DNA of 64,000 nucleotides from Nanobdellota archaeon (GCA_021802105.1 JAKAAW010000001.1:8150-72149); one strand, 5' to 3'. Counted from the first letter of the stretch, positions 35,457 to 45,504 are shown. Notes: generated by a model from the letters alone, not told the origin. Program-made: numbers and translations.

Positions 35457-37205
35457 ATGAAAACAGAAAACAGCAAGGTGAACGGCATTCAAAAGAAATA
35501 TGAAACCGTTTCTTCCGACGTATTGATAATAGGCGCAGGTGGTGCTGGTCTTAGGGCCGCTATAGAAGCCTTTGATAATGAGGCTAGCGTCGTAGTTGTG
35601 TCAAAGTCGCTTCTCGGTAAAGCACACACCGTCATGGCAGAAGGAGGAATAGCTGCGTCCGTTGCGAATGTTGACTCAAAAGACAACTGGAAAGTCCACT
35701 TCTCGGATACGATAGTAGAAGGAGTCTACATCGGCAACTGGAGAATGGCAGAGATAATGACAAAAGAAGCCCCTGATAGGGTGTATGAGCTAGAGAGATA
35801 CGGCGCACTGTTTGACCGCACACCTGATGGAAAGATAATGCAGAGAGCCTTTGGAGCGCACACCTACAGAAGACTGTGTCATGTCGGAGATAAGACAGGA
35901 CTGGAACTTATAAGGACTCTGGAAGATCAGATCTTGCACAGGGACGTAAATGTTATGGATGAGGTGTTCATAACAAAGCTGTTCATAAAAAACAATTCCG
36001 TAAGCGGTGCCCTAGGGATACGATTGAGAACAGGCGAGATAATACTGTTTAGGACCAAGACCGTGATACTATGTACCGGCGGCGCAGGCAGATTATACAA
36101 AGTGACGTCCAACTCATGGGAATCAACGGGGGATGGTATAGCACTAGCCTACAATGCAGGTGCCGAGCTGATGGATATGGAGATGATACAGTTCCATCCA
36201 ACTGGGATGGTTTATCCGCCTGGTGTCAAGGGGTTACTTGTTACAGAGGGAATTAGGGGGGAAGGAGGCATCCTTCTAAATGCAAAAGGAGAACGATTCA
36301 TGCTGAGGTATTCTCCTGAGAAAAAAGAGCTTGACGCAAGAGACGTTGTCGCAAGAGCCATACACTCTGAGATAGAAGCAGGCAGAGGCACAGAACATAA
36401 TGCAGTGTACCTAGATATCTCCCAGAAAGGAGCTAAGTTCATACACCAAAAATTACCAGGTATGTATTCTCAATTTATGGATTTTGCAGGAGTTGATATT
36501 ACTAAACAACCTATGGAAGTAGCCCCCACCGTCCATTACCAGATGGGTGGCATAAGAGTTGATCCCGAGACATGTAGGACTAATATTAAGGGTCTTTTTG
36601 CGGCAGGCGAAGTCGCTAGCGGTCTGCATGGTGCAAATAGGTTGGGTGGTAACTCCCTTGCAGATATTCTTGTATTCGGTAAGAGGGCGGGTCTGGCAGC
36701 AGCAATTTACTCCAGCAAAACAGCATTGTCGTCTATAAGCACAGAGGAAATATCAAAGGAAATCGCACGTATAAACTCTTTTGCAAACAAAAAGAAAGGG
36801 CTCAACCCTCAAACTATAATTAAAGTAATCGGAGAAACTATGTCAGAAAAAGTTGGCATAGTTAGGGATGGCAAGGATCTTGGACTTGCTTTAACGAAGA
36901 TACAGGCGCTTAGGAAGAAAGCCAAAAACGTAGGTGTTTCAGGTTCTTTGAAATTTAACCCAGGTCTTCTTTCATGTCTTGAGGTAGAAGGTATGTTAAC
37001 CACGGCAGAGGCTATAATTAGAAGCGCGATAGCAAGAAAAGAAAGCCGTGGCGCGCACACTAGAAAAGATTTTCCAAAGAAAGACCCTAAGTTTAAGAAA
37101 AATATATTATCCTACAAAAATGGAAACAGCATGAAACTAAAGATGGTCAGTGTTCCCAGCATGCCAGACCGTCTAAAACAATTAGTAAAATTAGAGGTTT
37201 ACTGA
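35457..37205 (+). CDS. sdhA: Succinate dehydrogenase/fumarate reductase flavoprotein
   Basis: GAGGAG, KAHTVMAEGG, QFHPTG, RDVV, HYQMGG, HGANRLGGNSL, ESRGAH. Confidence 0.95.
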   Translation: MKTENSKVNGIQKKYETVSSDVLIIGAGGAGLRAAIEAFDNEASVVVVSKSLLGKAHTVMAEGGIAASVANVDSKDNWKVHFSDTIVEGVYIGNWRMAEIMTKEAPDRVYELERYGALFDRTPDGKIMQRAFGAHTYRRLCHVGDKTGLELIRTLEDQILHRDVNVMDEVFITKLFIKNNSVSGALGIRLRTGEIILFRTKTVILCTGGAGRLYKVTSNSWESTGDGIALAYNAGAELMDMEMIQFHPTGMVYPPGVKGLLVTEGIRGEGGILLNAKGERFMLRYSPEKKELDARDVVARAIHSEIEAGRGTEHNAVYLDISQKGAKFIHQKLPGMYSQFMDFAGVDITKQPMEVAPTVHYQMGGIRVDPETCRTNIKGLFAAGEVASGLHGANRLGGNSLADILVFGKRAGLAAAIYSSKTALSSISTEEISKEIARINSFANKKKGLNPQTIIKVIGETMSEKVGIVRDGKDLGLALTKIQALRKKAKNVGVSGSLKFNPGLLSCLEVEGMLTTAEAIIRSAIARKESRGAHTRKDFPKKDPKFKKNILSYKNGNSMKLKMVSVPSMPDRLKQLVKLEVY

Positions 37206-37206
37206 T

Positions 37207-37953
37207 ATGAAAGAACTTACTATAAATATATTCAGGATGGACCCCGCTGTTGACAACGCAGGTAAATACAAGAAGTTCAATGTACCTGTGCAGGAAGGAA
37301 TGGTCGTGCTTGACGCTGTTAGGTATGTTCAGGAGAACATAGACCCTTCGCTTGCGCTAAGATGGAACTGTAAAGCCGCGAGATGCGGTTCATGCTCTGC
37401 TGAGATTAACGGTAGGCCGAGGTTAATGTGCAAGACTAGAGTAGATATGCTGGAGGAAGAGATAACCGTGTCGCCAATCCGAGCTTATCCTCTTATCAAG
37501 GACCTGGTAACAGATGTCTCCAATAACTATGAGATAGAGCGTAGGATACCTGCTTTCAGGCCTAAGAAGGGAGCAGCCCAACCATTTCTAATTAATCAGA
37601 TAGACGTAACAAGATCGCAGGAGTTTAGAAGGTGCATAGAGTGCTTCTTATGTCAGGATGTATGCCATGTCATAAGGGAGCACAATACAAATTATATAGG
37701 CCCTCGTCATGCGATTAAAGTCGCGTCCCTGGACATGCACCCGATGGATGGCATAGACAGATCACCAATGCTCAACGGTGATCTTGGTCTCGGTTTCTGC
37801 AATATAACCAAGTGCTGCCAAGAAGTTTGCCCTGAGGGCATAAAAATAACCGATAACGCAATAATCCCAGAAAAGGAGCGTGCCGTAGACTACAAATACG
37901 ATCCTATATTAAGGTTGGCGAGAAGACTAAGGAGGGGTTCAAGTGCAAAATAA
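37207..37953 (+). CDS. sdhB: Succinate dehydrogenase/fumarate reductase Fe-S subunit
   Basis: RWNCKAARCGSC, CIECFLCQDVC, CNITKCCQEVCP. Confidence 0.95.
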   Translation: MKELTINIFRMDPAVDNAGKYKKFNVPVQEGMVVLDAVRYVQENIDPSLALRWNCKAARCGSCSAEINGRPRLMCKTRVDMLEEEITVSPIRAYPLIKDLVTDVSNNYEIERRIPAFRPKKGAAQPFLINQIDVTRSQEFRRCIECFLCQDVCHVIREHNTNYIGPRHAIKVASLDMHPMDGIDRSPMLNGDLGLGFCNITKCCQEVCPEGIKITDNAIIPEKERAVDYKYDPILRLARRLRRGSSAK

Positions 37954-38665
37954 CATGGCGATAAAGACATTATTGAACAGCATGATACCATCGGAGCTTT
38001 TGGAACCAAACTGGAGATTATTGTCGTTTATAGTTCTGCTGATATCAGGGATAGGAGTCCTGATGTTATATCCAATGTCTGAATTTCATGGATATGTTGA
38101 TCCATTCTATGCCCCCACTGTGTTAGTGGTGCCGATAGCTGGGCTGTTTAGATTAACATGCTACGCGTATAGAAAGGACTACCACAGGCATGTTTTCAAT
38201 CACCCCAATGCGTGTGGCATAAACATAAGAGGAGACAGTATGACAAGAGATTACTCTGGCGAGACGAAATTTTTCAGAGTAGAGAACCTGCACAGGTATT
38301 TTTTATATGCAGGTATACTGATACTCCCTTTTTTCTACTATGATTTTTATATATCGTTAATTTATTCAGGAAGCTTTGTCTTGAGGCTCGGCAGCCTGTT
38401 GTTACTGCTAAATGCAGTGGCATTAACTTTATGGGCTGCTTCATGCCATGCCCTTAGACATCTTATAGGAGGCAGAACAGATTGTTACGGCTGCGCTTTT
38501 GCAGGATCGCAAAGAAAATCGCTTTTCAATTGGCAATCTATATTGAACGGGCATCATGAATTCTTTGCATGGTTTAGTCTTTTGACTATAATATTTGTGG
38601 ACTTATACTTAAGGGGACTGGCAGCAGGAATGCCGATAGACCTTAACCTATCTAAATTATTATGA
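37943..38665 (+). CDS. Sdh membrane anchor resembling the mycobacterial Sdh1 anchor (Rv0249c-like)
   Basis: FRLTCY.YRK.Y, P.AC, YSGET, NLHRYF, SCH..RH motifs; several TM helices. Confidence 0.75.
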   Translation: MQNNMAIKTLLNSMIPSELLEPNWRLLSFIVLLISGIGVLMLYPMSEFHGYVDPFYAPTVLVVPIAGLFRLTCYAYRKDYHRHVFNHPNACGINIRGDSMTRDYSGETKFFRVENLHRYFLYAGILILPFFYYDFYISLIYSGSFVLRLGSLLLLLNAVALTLWAASCHALRHLIGGRTDCYGCAFAGSQRKSLFNWQSILNGHHEFFAWFSLLTIIFVDLYLRGLAAGMPIDLNLSKLL

Positions 38666-38829
38666 AACAATACATACCTCCAAAATACAGATACCCTTTG
38701 TTTTTTATTGGTCTAATGACTATGATAATAACTGCAATTGCTTACAAGTTCGTATTTATACCAGAGGTAATAATCGAAGTGGTTGTTATCGTCGGGTTTG
38801 TGCTGTTTGTATCTTCATTTACTTTTTGA
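38662..38829 (+). CDS. 55-aa two-TM micro-protein coupled to the sdh operon, missed by the ORF track
   Basis: ATGA overlap with anchor stop; MKQYIPPKYRYPLFFIGLMTMIITAIAYKFVFIPEVIIEVVVIVGFVLFVSSFTF. Confidence 0.6.
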   Translation: MKQYIPPKYRYPLFFIGLMTMIITAIAYKFVFIPEVIIEVVVIVGFVLFVSSFTF

Positions 38830-38923
38830 CATATAAGATGCAACCCTTAGTCTTCTTAAAGTCCTTTATCATGCTTTTTTCTTATGTTTCTAAAAATAAA
38901 TAAGGATAAAAACATATTATGTT

Positions 38924-41900
38924 ATGCCAAAGTACAGCTTGACCATAAATAAAAAATCGCAATCAGCCCTAGAATACCTTTTGACATACGGTTGGGCCAT
39001 AACGATAATCGTGCTAGTTATGGCCGCCATATATTATATGGGAATACTTAACATACCTCCTTCAGGTCCTGCAATAAGCGGTTTTTCAGGTATAGAAGTC
39101 ACCGCAGTTCAGGCAAACACATCCGTTTTTGAGTTTAGCATAAAGAACAACTTGGGTATAACCGCAAATCTGTCCACATTATCGGTTTCTTTCGATGGAA
39201 ATATGTACAAATTATGGCAATGCACGGCTACAATCCTCGACCCCGGTGAAAGTGCGATATGTGCGATATTAGGAAACTTTTCAGCATCACGGATATCCGC
39301 ACAGGTATCAATGGCGTATTCTGTGTCTAATATTTTAGGAGGGGTCTCCAATGGAACCATCTCAATAACACCGCAGGTACAGTTTATCTCCAGCCCATTC
39401 TCCCCATATTCTGTAAGGATAGCGGTATACAATAATCAGTCATCAGCTACCCCAACTCCGTTTCAGCAGGCGATAAAGTTTAATCCCACTCTTTTTTCCG
39501 GTTATGAACTATCTAATCTAGGAAACATAAGGCTCTATTACAACGGGCAGGAGCTATACAGCTGGTGCGAATATGGCTGTTCAAACAACGCGAACAGTTC
39601 GCTTATATGGGTAAAACTTACGAACTCCATCGCCGCAAATTCGACTATTAATCTTACGATGACATTCGAGCCACTAACCAACTATAATTCTGTGTATTCT
39701 GGTGAAGCCCCGCAGCTCTCTCCCGTGTACGGAGAATATGACAATGGAGCTAATGTATTCAATTTTTATGATAATTTTAAAGGGACTACTCTTGATACAA
39801 GCAAATGGTCCGGAGGTTCATGCCAGGTAATTTCAAATGGGTTATTAATCCCATCAAGTTGTAGTACACAACTAAATTCAAATACTGAATTTTCTAATCC
39901 TCTAATTTTAGAGGCAGACATGAATTTCGTAGATGTGTTTAATAATGTAGGTGGGATAGACGGAATTGGGATTTTTAATGCATCAAACGGTGCAGGTACT
40001 TATTATATTGGATGGTATAGGTACTCCGGAGGATTTTTCAGCGGTGGTGAATGGAACCCATCACAAAGCTGGCCGCAGTTCCCAGTCTCTCCTTTAACTA
40101 ATCATTTTTACGTTTGGAGTATATATTGGCAACCGTCATATTCATCCGTAATGTATTTAAACTATACAGATAGCGTTTCTCCCACAACTTACCCAGGCGA
40201 TTATCCTATAAAAATTGGAATTAACGCTCAAGGGGCGGCCGAATATCTAATGAATTGGATTCGTGTGCGTTCCTATCCCCCAAATGGAAAAATGCCTTCC
40301 ACATCAATAAGCTCTATAGGAAACCAGCCAATATATACGAGAGCCATAACGTTCTACAACGGACAGAATATAGCTACTTCAAATCCCTTCCAGCAGATGT
40401 TTACAACGGATTCCGCAGTCTATTCTGCTTATGAAGCGCCAAACCTTGATAACATACAGTTCGTTTATCAGAATGGATCAATAATACCATCATGGTTGGA
40501 GTCAGGAAACAGCAGTAAATCAACAGAGACAACATACTGGCTGAAAATAGGGAGCATTCCTGCTGACGCCGGAGTGACCATCTATGAAGTGTTCTACTCT
40601 ATAGCGGATAACGTTTTCAACAACATCAACACTGGGGAGGCTCCTCAATTTTCTCCGGTGTTTGGGGAATACAATAATATAGCAAATGTCATGGATCAAG
40701 GTTTGGCATATCAGGTGTATTACGACAGTGGTGGAACATGCGACTCGACGAATTACCAGACACAGCTTTACAATTCTTCTTTGGGCAACGGCACAACAGT
40801 ACTAGGATGCGCTTCGTTTGTCTCTAATACGGCACCATTTTCAGCAATCTCTCCCGGGACGTCTCAAAACGTCGATGGAACCACGGAACCGAACGTAGTT
40901 ATAAATTATCAATCTGGGTACAGTGGCGGTGCTCCTTATCCAAATCCACCCATTGCAAACACTGCGAACTCATGGTTGGTTAAGGCGATAGGGTGGGTGA
41001 ACATCGCTTCGTCCTCTACATCGACATTTAGTGAGATAGCAGATGACGGCATCACCCTAAGCTACTCTAAGAACGGTGGAAGTAGCAGCGGCATAAATTG
41101 GCTCGGTGGCTCATCGAGCCCCAATAATTTGATATCCCAATGGCATACGACCGGCGCGGCAGCATATACAAGTAGCAGCATTTCTGCGGGGACTTATAGG
41201 ATCGAATTGGATTATTTTGAAGATGGGGGAGGCTCGTATACTGGACTTTGGTCAAGCGCTTCAGTGGATTACTATCATGCCGCTTATCCTCCCGATGGAG
41301 TCATGCCTACTGTCATAGCAGGAACAAACATCCCTCTACATACGCAACCGATAACGTTCTACAACGGACAGAATATAGCTACTTCAAATCCCTTCCAGCA
41401 GATGTTTACAACGGATTCCGCAGTCTATTCTGCTTATGAAGCGCCAAACCTTGATAACATACAGTTCGTTTATCAGAATGGATCAATAATACCATCATGG
41501 TTGGAGTCCGGTGCAAGTAACGCCGCTACTTCAACGATATACTGGCTGAAGATTGGAAGCATTCCTGCGAACGGCAAACTAACGATATATGAGGTATTTT
41601 ATCCTACTTCTATAAACATGTTCAATACCATAAATACAGGTGAGGCCCCGCAATTATCTCCGATATATGCGGAATACGACGATGGAGCAAACGTATTCAA
41701 CAATTATTGGAATTTTGCAGGGACAACCTTACCAAACGGATGGACATCAAGTATAGGTTCAAGTAGTGGTTCAGTTACAGTAAATAACGGAGTAACACTT
41801 GCTTCTGGAACGGGAGGTAATAACGGTTGGGGAACAATTAATTACCCTTTTACAATGCCAGCATCAGATCAAACGATTGTAGAAGTATATGGTAAAACAG

Positions 41901-43084
41901 CAAGCACAGGCAGGCAGAGGATGTATCTGACAGATACAGCTACTTCTATTTTTGGAGGATATTATTCTGATTTAGGATTTGATTATGGTATTTATGGAAG
42001 TTCTGAAATAACTAGTGGAGACCTGCAGTATTATTGGAATGGATATAATTCTCCTTCTAATTCTGCTTTTGCAATAAATATCCCTTATATTATACAATAC
42101 ATTTTATCAGGTTCTACTTTTTATTGGAATATTTTAAATCAAACCGAATCAACAGTAGCATCACAATCTACAACGCAACCTTCTTCAACAACTGTCTTGT
42201 CCTTGATAGATGATGACGATAGTGGAGTAACTCAATCAACATACTATTGGATTCGTATGCGTGCCTATCCTCCAAATGGACTTATGCCAGGTACAACAAT
42301 AACAGTATTCACGGAATCCGGTCTTCCAAGCGGATACAAATGGAATGTCACATATAACAGCGTGCTGCAGAGCTCTACAACGTCATCGATTACATTCTTA
42401 AATACCCAAGGCACGTATTCTTACACCGTCCCCACGCTTTCCAACTCTAGTGCAGGTTGCACAACAACATACACTCCTTCATCTTCATCAGGAACATTGC
42501 TAGCAGGCTCAACACAGTCCATATCATTCAGCGGCTCCACCACATGTACTACAGTATTCACGGAATCCGGTCTTCCAAGCGGATACAAATGGAATGTCAC
42601 ATATAACAGCGTGCTGAAGAGCTCCACTTCCAGCACCATAACCTACTCTACTACATATACAGGAACGCAGCCGAGTTACTCTTACACCGTCCCCACGCTT
42701 TCCAACTCTAGTGCAGGTTGCACAACAACATACACTCCTTCGTCTTCACCTTCTAGCCCTGTTGCTGTTGGGTCTTTAGTATCTGTTACTTTTACCCCCC
42801 TGACAACGTGTACTACGACATTCACAGAATCTGGTTTACCAGGAGGGTACACCTGGTCAGTCGACTATGGCGGCACAACGTATTCCGCATCTAGTGGATC
42901 CCAAATACAATTCACGACGGCGCCTGGTACTTATTCATTTTCAGTAAGTCCAGTTGACGAGTCACCACTTACATCATGTGCAGCTACAATAGTAGAGTAT
43001 TATGTTTATTCTCCTTCCCCTTCTTCGGGGTCATTAGTAGCAGGTTCGCCGCAATCAATAACCTATTCATTGGTTTGTCCGTGA
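38924..43084 (+). CDS. Giant pilin-like adhesin (class III signal, three DUF2341-like modules, thermopsin-type C-terminal repeats)
   Basis: KKS|QSALEYLLTYGWA; three GEAPQ.SP...YPP.G.MP frames; three FTESGLP.GY.W.V repeats. Confidence 0.8.
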   Translation: MPKYSLTINKKSQSALEYLLTYGWAITIIVLVMAAIYYMGILNIPPSGPAISGFSGIEVTAVQANTSVFEFSIKNNLGITANLSTLSVSFDGNMYKLWQCTATILDPGESAICAILGNFSASRISAQVSMAYSVSNILGGVSNGTISITPQVQFISSPFSPYSVRIAVYNNQSSATPTPFQQAIKFNPTLFSGYELSNLGNIRLYYNGQELYSWCEYGCSNNANSSLIWVKLTNSIAANSTINLTMTFEPLTNYNSVYSGEAPQLSPVYGEYDNGANVFNFYDNFKGTTLDTSKWSGGSCQVISNGLLIPSSCSTQLNSNTEFSNPLILEADMNFVDVFNNVGGIDGIGIFNASNGAGTYYIGWYRYSGGFFSGGEWNPSQSWPQFPVSPLTNHFYVWSIYWQPSYSSVMYLNYTDSVSPTTYPGDYPIKIGINAQGAAEYLMNWIRVRSYPPNGKMPSTSISSIGNQPIYTRAITFYNGQNIATSNPFQQMFTTDSAVYSAYEAPNLDNIQFVYQNGSIIPSWLESGNSSKSTETTYWLKIGSIPADAGVTIYEVFYSIADNVFNNINTGEAPQFSPVFGEYNNIANVMDQGLAYQVYYDSGGTCDSTNYQTQLYNSSLGNGTTVLGCASFVSNTAPFSAISPGTSQNVDGTTEPNVVINYQSGYSGGAPYPNPPIANTANSWLVKAIGWVNIASSSTSTFSEIADDGITLSYSKNGGSSSGINWLGGSSSPNNLISQWHTTGAAAYTSSSISAGTYRIELDYFEDGGGSYTGLWSSASVDYYHAAYPPDGVMPTVIAGTNIPLHTQPITFYNGQNIATSNPFQQMFTTDSAVYSAYEAPNLDNIQFVYQNGSIIPSWLESGASNAATSTIYWLKIGSIPANGKLTIYEVFYPTSINMFNTINTGEAPQLSPIYAEYDDGANVFNNYWNFAGTTLPNGWTSSIGSSSGSVTVNNGVTLASGTGGNNGWGTINYPFTMPASDQTIVEVYGKTASTGRQRMYLTDTATSIFGGYYSDLGFDYGIYGSSEITSGDLQYYWNGYNSPSNSAFAINIPYIIQYILSGSTFYWNILNQTESTVASQSTTQPSSTTVLSLIDDDDSGVTQSTYYWIRMRAYPPNGLMPGTTITVFTESGLPSGYKWNVTYNSVLQSSTTSSITFLNTQGTYSYTVPTLSNSSAGCTTTYTPSSSSGTLLAGSTQSISFSGSTTCTTVFTESGLPSGYKWNVTYNSVLKSSTSSTITYSTTYTGTQPSYSYTVPTLSNSSAGCTTTYTPSSSPSSPVAVGSLVSVTFTPLTTCTTTFTESGLPGGYTWSVDYGGTTYSASSGSQIQFTTAPGTYSFSVSPVDESPLTSCAATIVEYYVYSPSPSSGSLVAGSPQSITYSLVCP
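40346..41508 (+). repeat. Identical 158-bp direct repeat (40346-40503 = 41351-41508)
   Basis: Read base by base; no mismatches seen. Confidence 0.92.
42302..42741 (+). repeat. Two pairs of identical direct repeats (42302-42367 = 42551-42616; 42419-42480 = 42680-42741)
   Basis: 66-bp and 62-bp exact blocks inside a tandem domain duplication. Confidence 0.9.
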
Positions 43085-43099
43085 GGTGAAATAACGGAA

Positions 43100-43276
43100 A
43101 TGAACAATGATAAAATTAGGATTATAAAGAGAAAATGGGTGTACATAGTCCTTATAGTGGTAGTGGTAATAACGGCGGCATCTGTGCATATCTTTTATCA
43201 ACACAGCGCTTCTTCTCCCGCTGCCCCTGATAATACACGTTGGCAGTCACCTATATGCATAGCCAATCTGTCCTAA
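43100..43276 (+). CDS. 58-aa single-TM protein or truncated secreted-protein gene
   Basis: SD GAGGTGA; MNNDKIRIIKRKWVYIVLIVVVVITAASV... Confidence 0.5.
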   Translation: MNNDKIRIIKRKWVYIVLIVVVVITAASVHIFYQHSASSPAAPDNTRWQSPICIANLS

Positions 43277-43374
43277 TATGCGTTCACAGTTTAGCAGCAA
43301 GATTTCCAAATGCACAGCTCTACAGGTCTAATATATCAAACCAGTGAACATATCAAGTTATTGGTGGAAAAGCA

Positions 43375-44412
43375 TCAGTTTTTAATCAAACCTATCAGGA
43401 CTGAGTCTAATTCCTTTGCTATGTCTGTATCAACGCTTTTAATTGCGTTTGTAGATAATTCTTTTTTAAATGGCAGCTTTGCAAGTAGCGGTATGTCTTT
43501 TATGCCGCTATCAGTTGGCATGTCCATTTTTTCGCCGCAATGATCACATATTATATAACTCATATTTTCTATGATCCCTGCCACAGGTATCTTTAACGCA
43601 TCCGCAATCACGGTAGTCTTTTTGCCAACGAGTTGCGACAGATTCTGTGGTGTTGTGACAAGTAATATCTTATCAACAGGTATTGACTGAAAAACTGTAA
43701 GTGGTCCGTCGCTTGTACCTGGAGGCAAGTCAAGAAACATGAAATCTAGCTCCCCCCAGTCCGTGTCAGAATACATCTGCTTTATTGCGTTGGACACTAA
43801 TGGTCCTCTCCATATAAGTGCTTCAGTATCTGTAAGCATGCTTATCGACATTATCTTTATTCCGAATAGACTCAGCGGTTCAAATTTTTTGTCTTTTGTC
43901 AGGTACGAATGGTATTGTGAGCCAACTATTGCCTGTATAGACGGCCCTGATATATCACAATCAAGTATGGCTGTTTTGTAGCCCAGCCTGCTGGCTTCTA
44001 GAGCCAGCATAGCTACTATACTGCTTTTTCCAACGCCTCCTTTAGCAGAGTAAACCGCTATTATGTTTTTAACGTTCTTTTTGTCGTACTTTTCTATAGG
44101 TGGGGGGAGGCTTTTACTGTTGCCGTACAGTTCTTTCTTTACCACAGCTAATTCCTCCCTTGTCATGTATCCAAAAGTAAGTTCTATCTTACTGTAGCCA
44201 GAATTCTTAAGAGCTTCATTAACGTCCTTTTCTATTGTAGACGCAAGAGGGCAGCCCGGAACAGTCAGTTTTATCCATATAAGCAAAGTATCGTCTTTCT
44301 TCTCTATGTTGCTGATCATATTCAGCTTTACTATACTTATTCCTATTTCCGGGTCTTTTACAGTGTCAAGCAAGGAATAGAGTCTAGTTAGCTCTGCTTT
44401 GTCAATACTCAT
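43375..44412 (-). CDS. mrp: Mrp/NBP35 (ApbC) Fe-S carrier ATPase with N-terminal DUF59-type domain
   Basis: DPEI, TVPGCP, SAKGGVGKS, WRGP, DLPPGTSD, ENMS...CDHC. Confidence 0.92.
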   Translation of the reverse strand: MSIDKAELTRLYSLLDTVKDPEIGISIVKLNMISNIEKKDDTLLIWIKLTVPGCPLASTIEKDVNEALKNSGYSKIELTFGYMTREELAVVKKELYGNSKSLPPPIEKYDKKNVKNIIAVYSAKGGVGKSSIVAMLALEASRLGYKTAILDCDISGPSIQAIVGSQYHSYLTKDKKFEPLSLFGIKIMSISMLTDTEALIWRGPLVSNAIKQMYSDTDWGELDFMFLDLPPGTSDGPLTVFQSIPVDKILLVTTPQNLSQLVGKKTTVIADALKIPVAGIIENMSYIICDHCGEKMDMPTDSGIKDIPLLAKLPFKKELSTNAIKSVDTDIAKELDSVLIGLIKN

Positions 44413-45473
44413 TTTCTTTTTCCTTCTTCTTCGACGTCCTTTATACCCTCTGCGGTAATCTGGAATGTTACTTCTCCTTCAGGGAGACTAGGAGAATCTA
44501 CAAGTTTTGCAACTCTGGCCCCCTTTTTCCCTTTTCTTAAGTATATTCTGTAAGTAGCTACGTGACCTATTATGTGGCCGCCTACTGCGACTGTAGGATC
44601 TCCGAAAAGAACGTCAGGTCTAGCCATTACTTGATTTGTCATGTACACCGCCACGTTGAATCTGTCAGCTATCCTTTGCAGATTGTGTAGTATTACATTA
44701 AGCTTCTGCTGTCTGTCCGCAAGAGTACCTCTACCGATATATTCAGCTCTGAACAGTGCCATCATGCTGTCTACGACAACAAGCTTTATCTTAGAATCTT
44801 TGTTTATCAGATCAGGTACCTTGTCTATAAGAAGCATCTGGTGATCGGACGAATAAGCCCTACCTATTTTTATGTTTTGAAGCGCCTCTTTCGGATCCAG
44901 ACCCTTAGCTACCGCAAGTTGCTCTATACGTGCAGGTCTGAAGGTTCCTTCAGTGTCTATCCAGATAGCGTGACCTTCAAGTCCGCCTTTCTCCCTAGGC
45001 AGCTGCACGTTAACTGCCAGTTCAAAAGCAAGCTGACTTTTTCCAGAACCATACTCTCCATAGCATTCGGTTATTGACTGTGACTCTACACCACCTCCTA
45101 AAAGTATGTCAAAAGCCTGACTACCTGTCGAGATTCTCTGTACACTTTTCCTCTTATCCTCAAATTCAAGTCCTGATAGAAAGTTCATCTTAGCCGCTTC
45201 TCTGGCCTCAGCTATTATCTTTCTAGAGGTTGGCTCCCCTATCTCGCATACCTCAGAAACCACAAGGGGATTTGCAGTAGCTAGAGCTATGACATCAAGA
45301 TACCCCGCGCTCTTTAATCTTGAAGCAACAGCAGAGCCTACTCCCGGCAGGTCCTTTATATCAACGTATTCATCCGGAGTAATGCTTACGCTGTTTGTGC
45401 TTATCTCTTCCTGAGTTTCCTCTTGGACATCCTCCTGAATCTCTTCATCTTCTTTAGAGTCTTTTTTTGCCAT
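44409..45473 (-). CDS. radA: DNA repair and recombination protein RadA
   Basis: LPGVG HhH, GEYGSGKSQ, IDTEGTFRP, GRGTLADRQQ, GGHIIGH; start re-called behind GGAGGT. Confidence 0.97.
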   Translation of the reverse strand: MAKKDSKEDEEIQEDVQEETQEEISTNSVSITPDEYVDIKDLPGVGSAVASRLKSAGYLDVIALATANPLVVSEVCEIGEPTSRKIIAEAREAAKMNFLSGLEFEDKRKSVQRISTGSQAFDILLGGGVESQSITECYGEYGSGKSQLAFELAVNVQLPREKGGLEGHAIWIDTEGTFRPARIEQLAVAKGLDPKEALQNIKIGRAYSSDHQMLLIDKVPDLINKDSKIKLVVVDSMMALFRAEYIGRGTLADRQQKLNVILHNLQRIADRFNVAVYMTNQVMARPDVLFGDPTVAVGGHIIGHVATYRIYLRKGKKGARVAKLVDSPSLPEGEVTFQITAEGIKDVEEEGKRK

Positions 45474-45504
45474 AATACCTCCGCTTGTAGACACGTCTTT
45501 TTAT

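Noticed and set aside
40346-42741. Diversity-generating retroelement TR/VR pair
   Set aside because: Repeats are identical rather than adenine-mismatched, both copies are coding, and no reverse transcriptase is in the window
44409-45473. Intein or split in RadA
   Set aside because: Continuous, normal-length protein with only an acidic N-terminal extension
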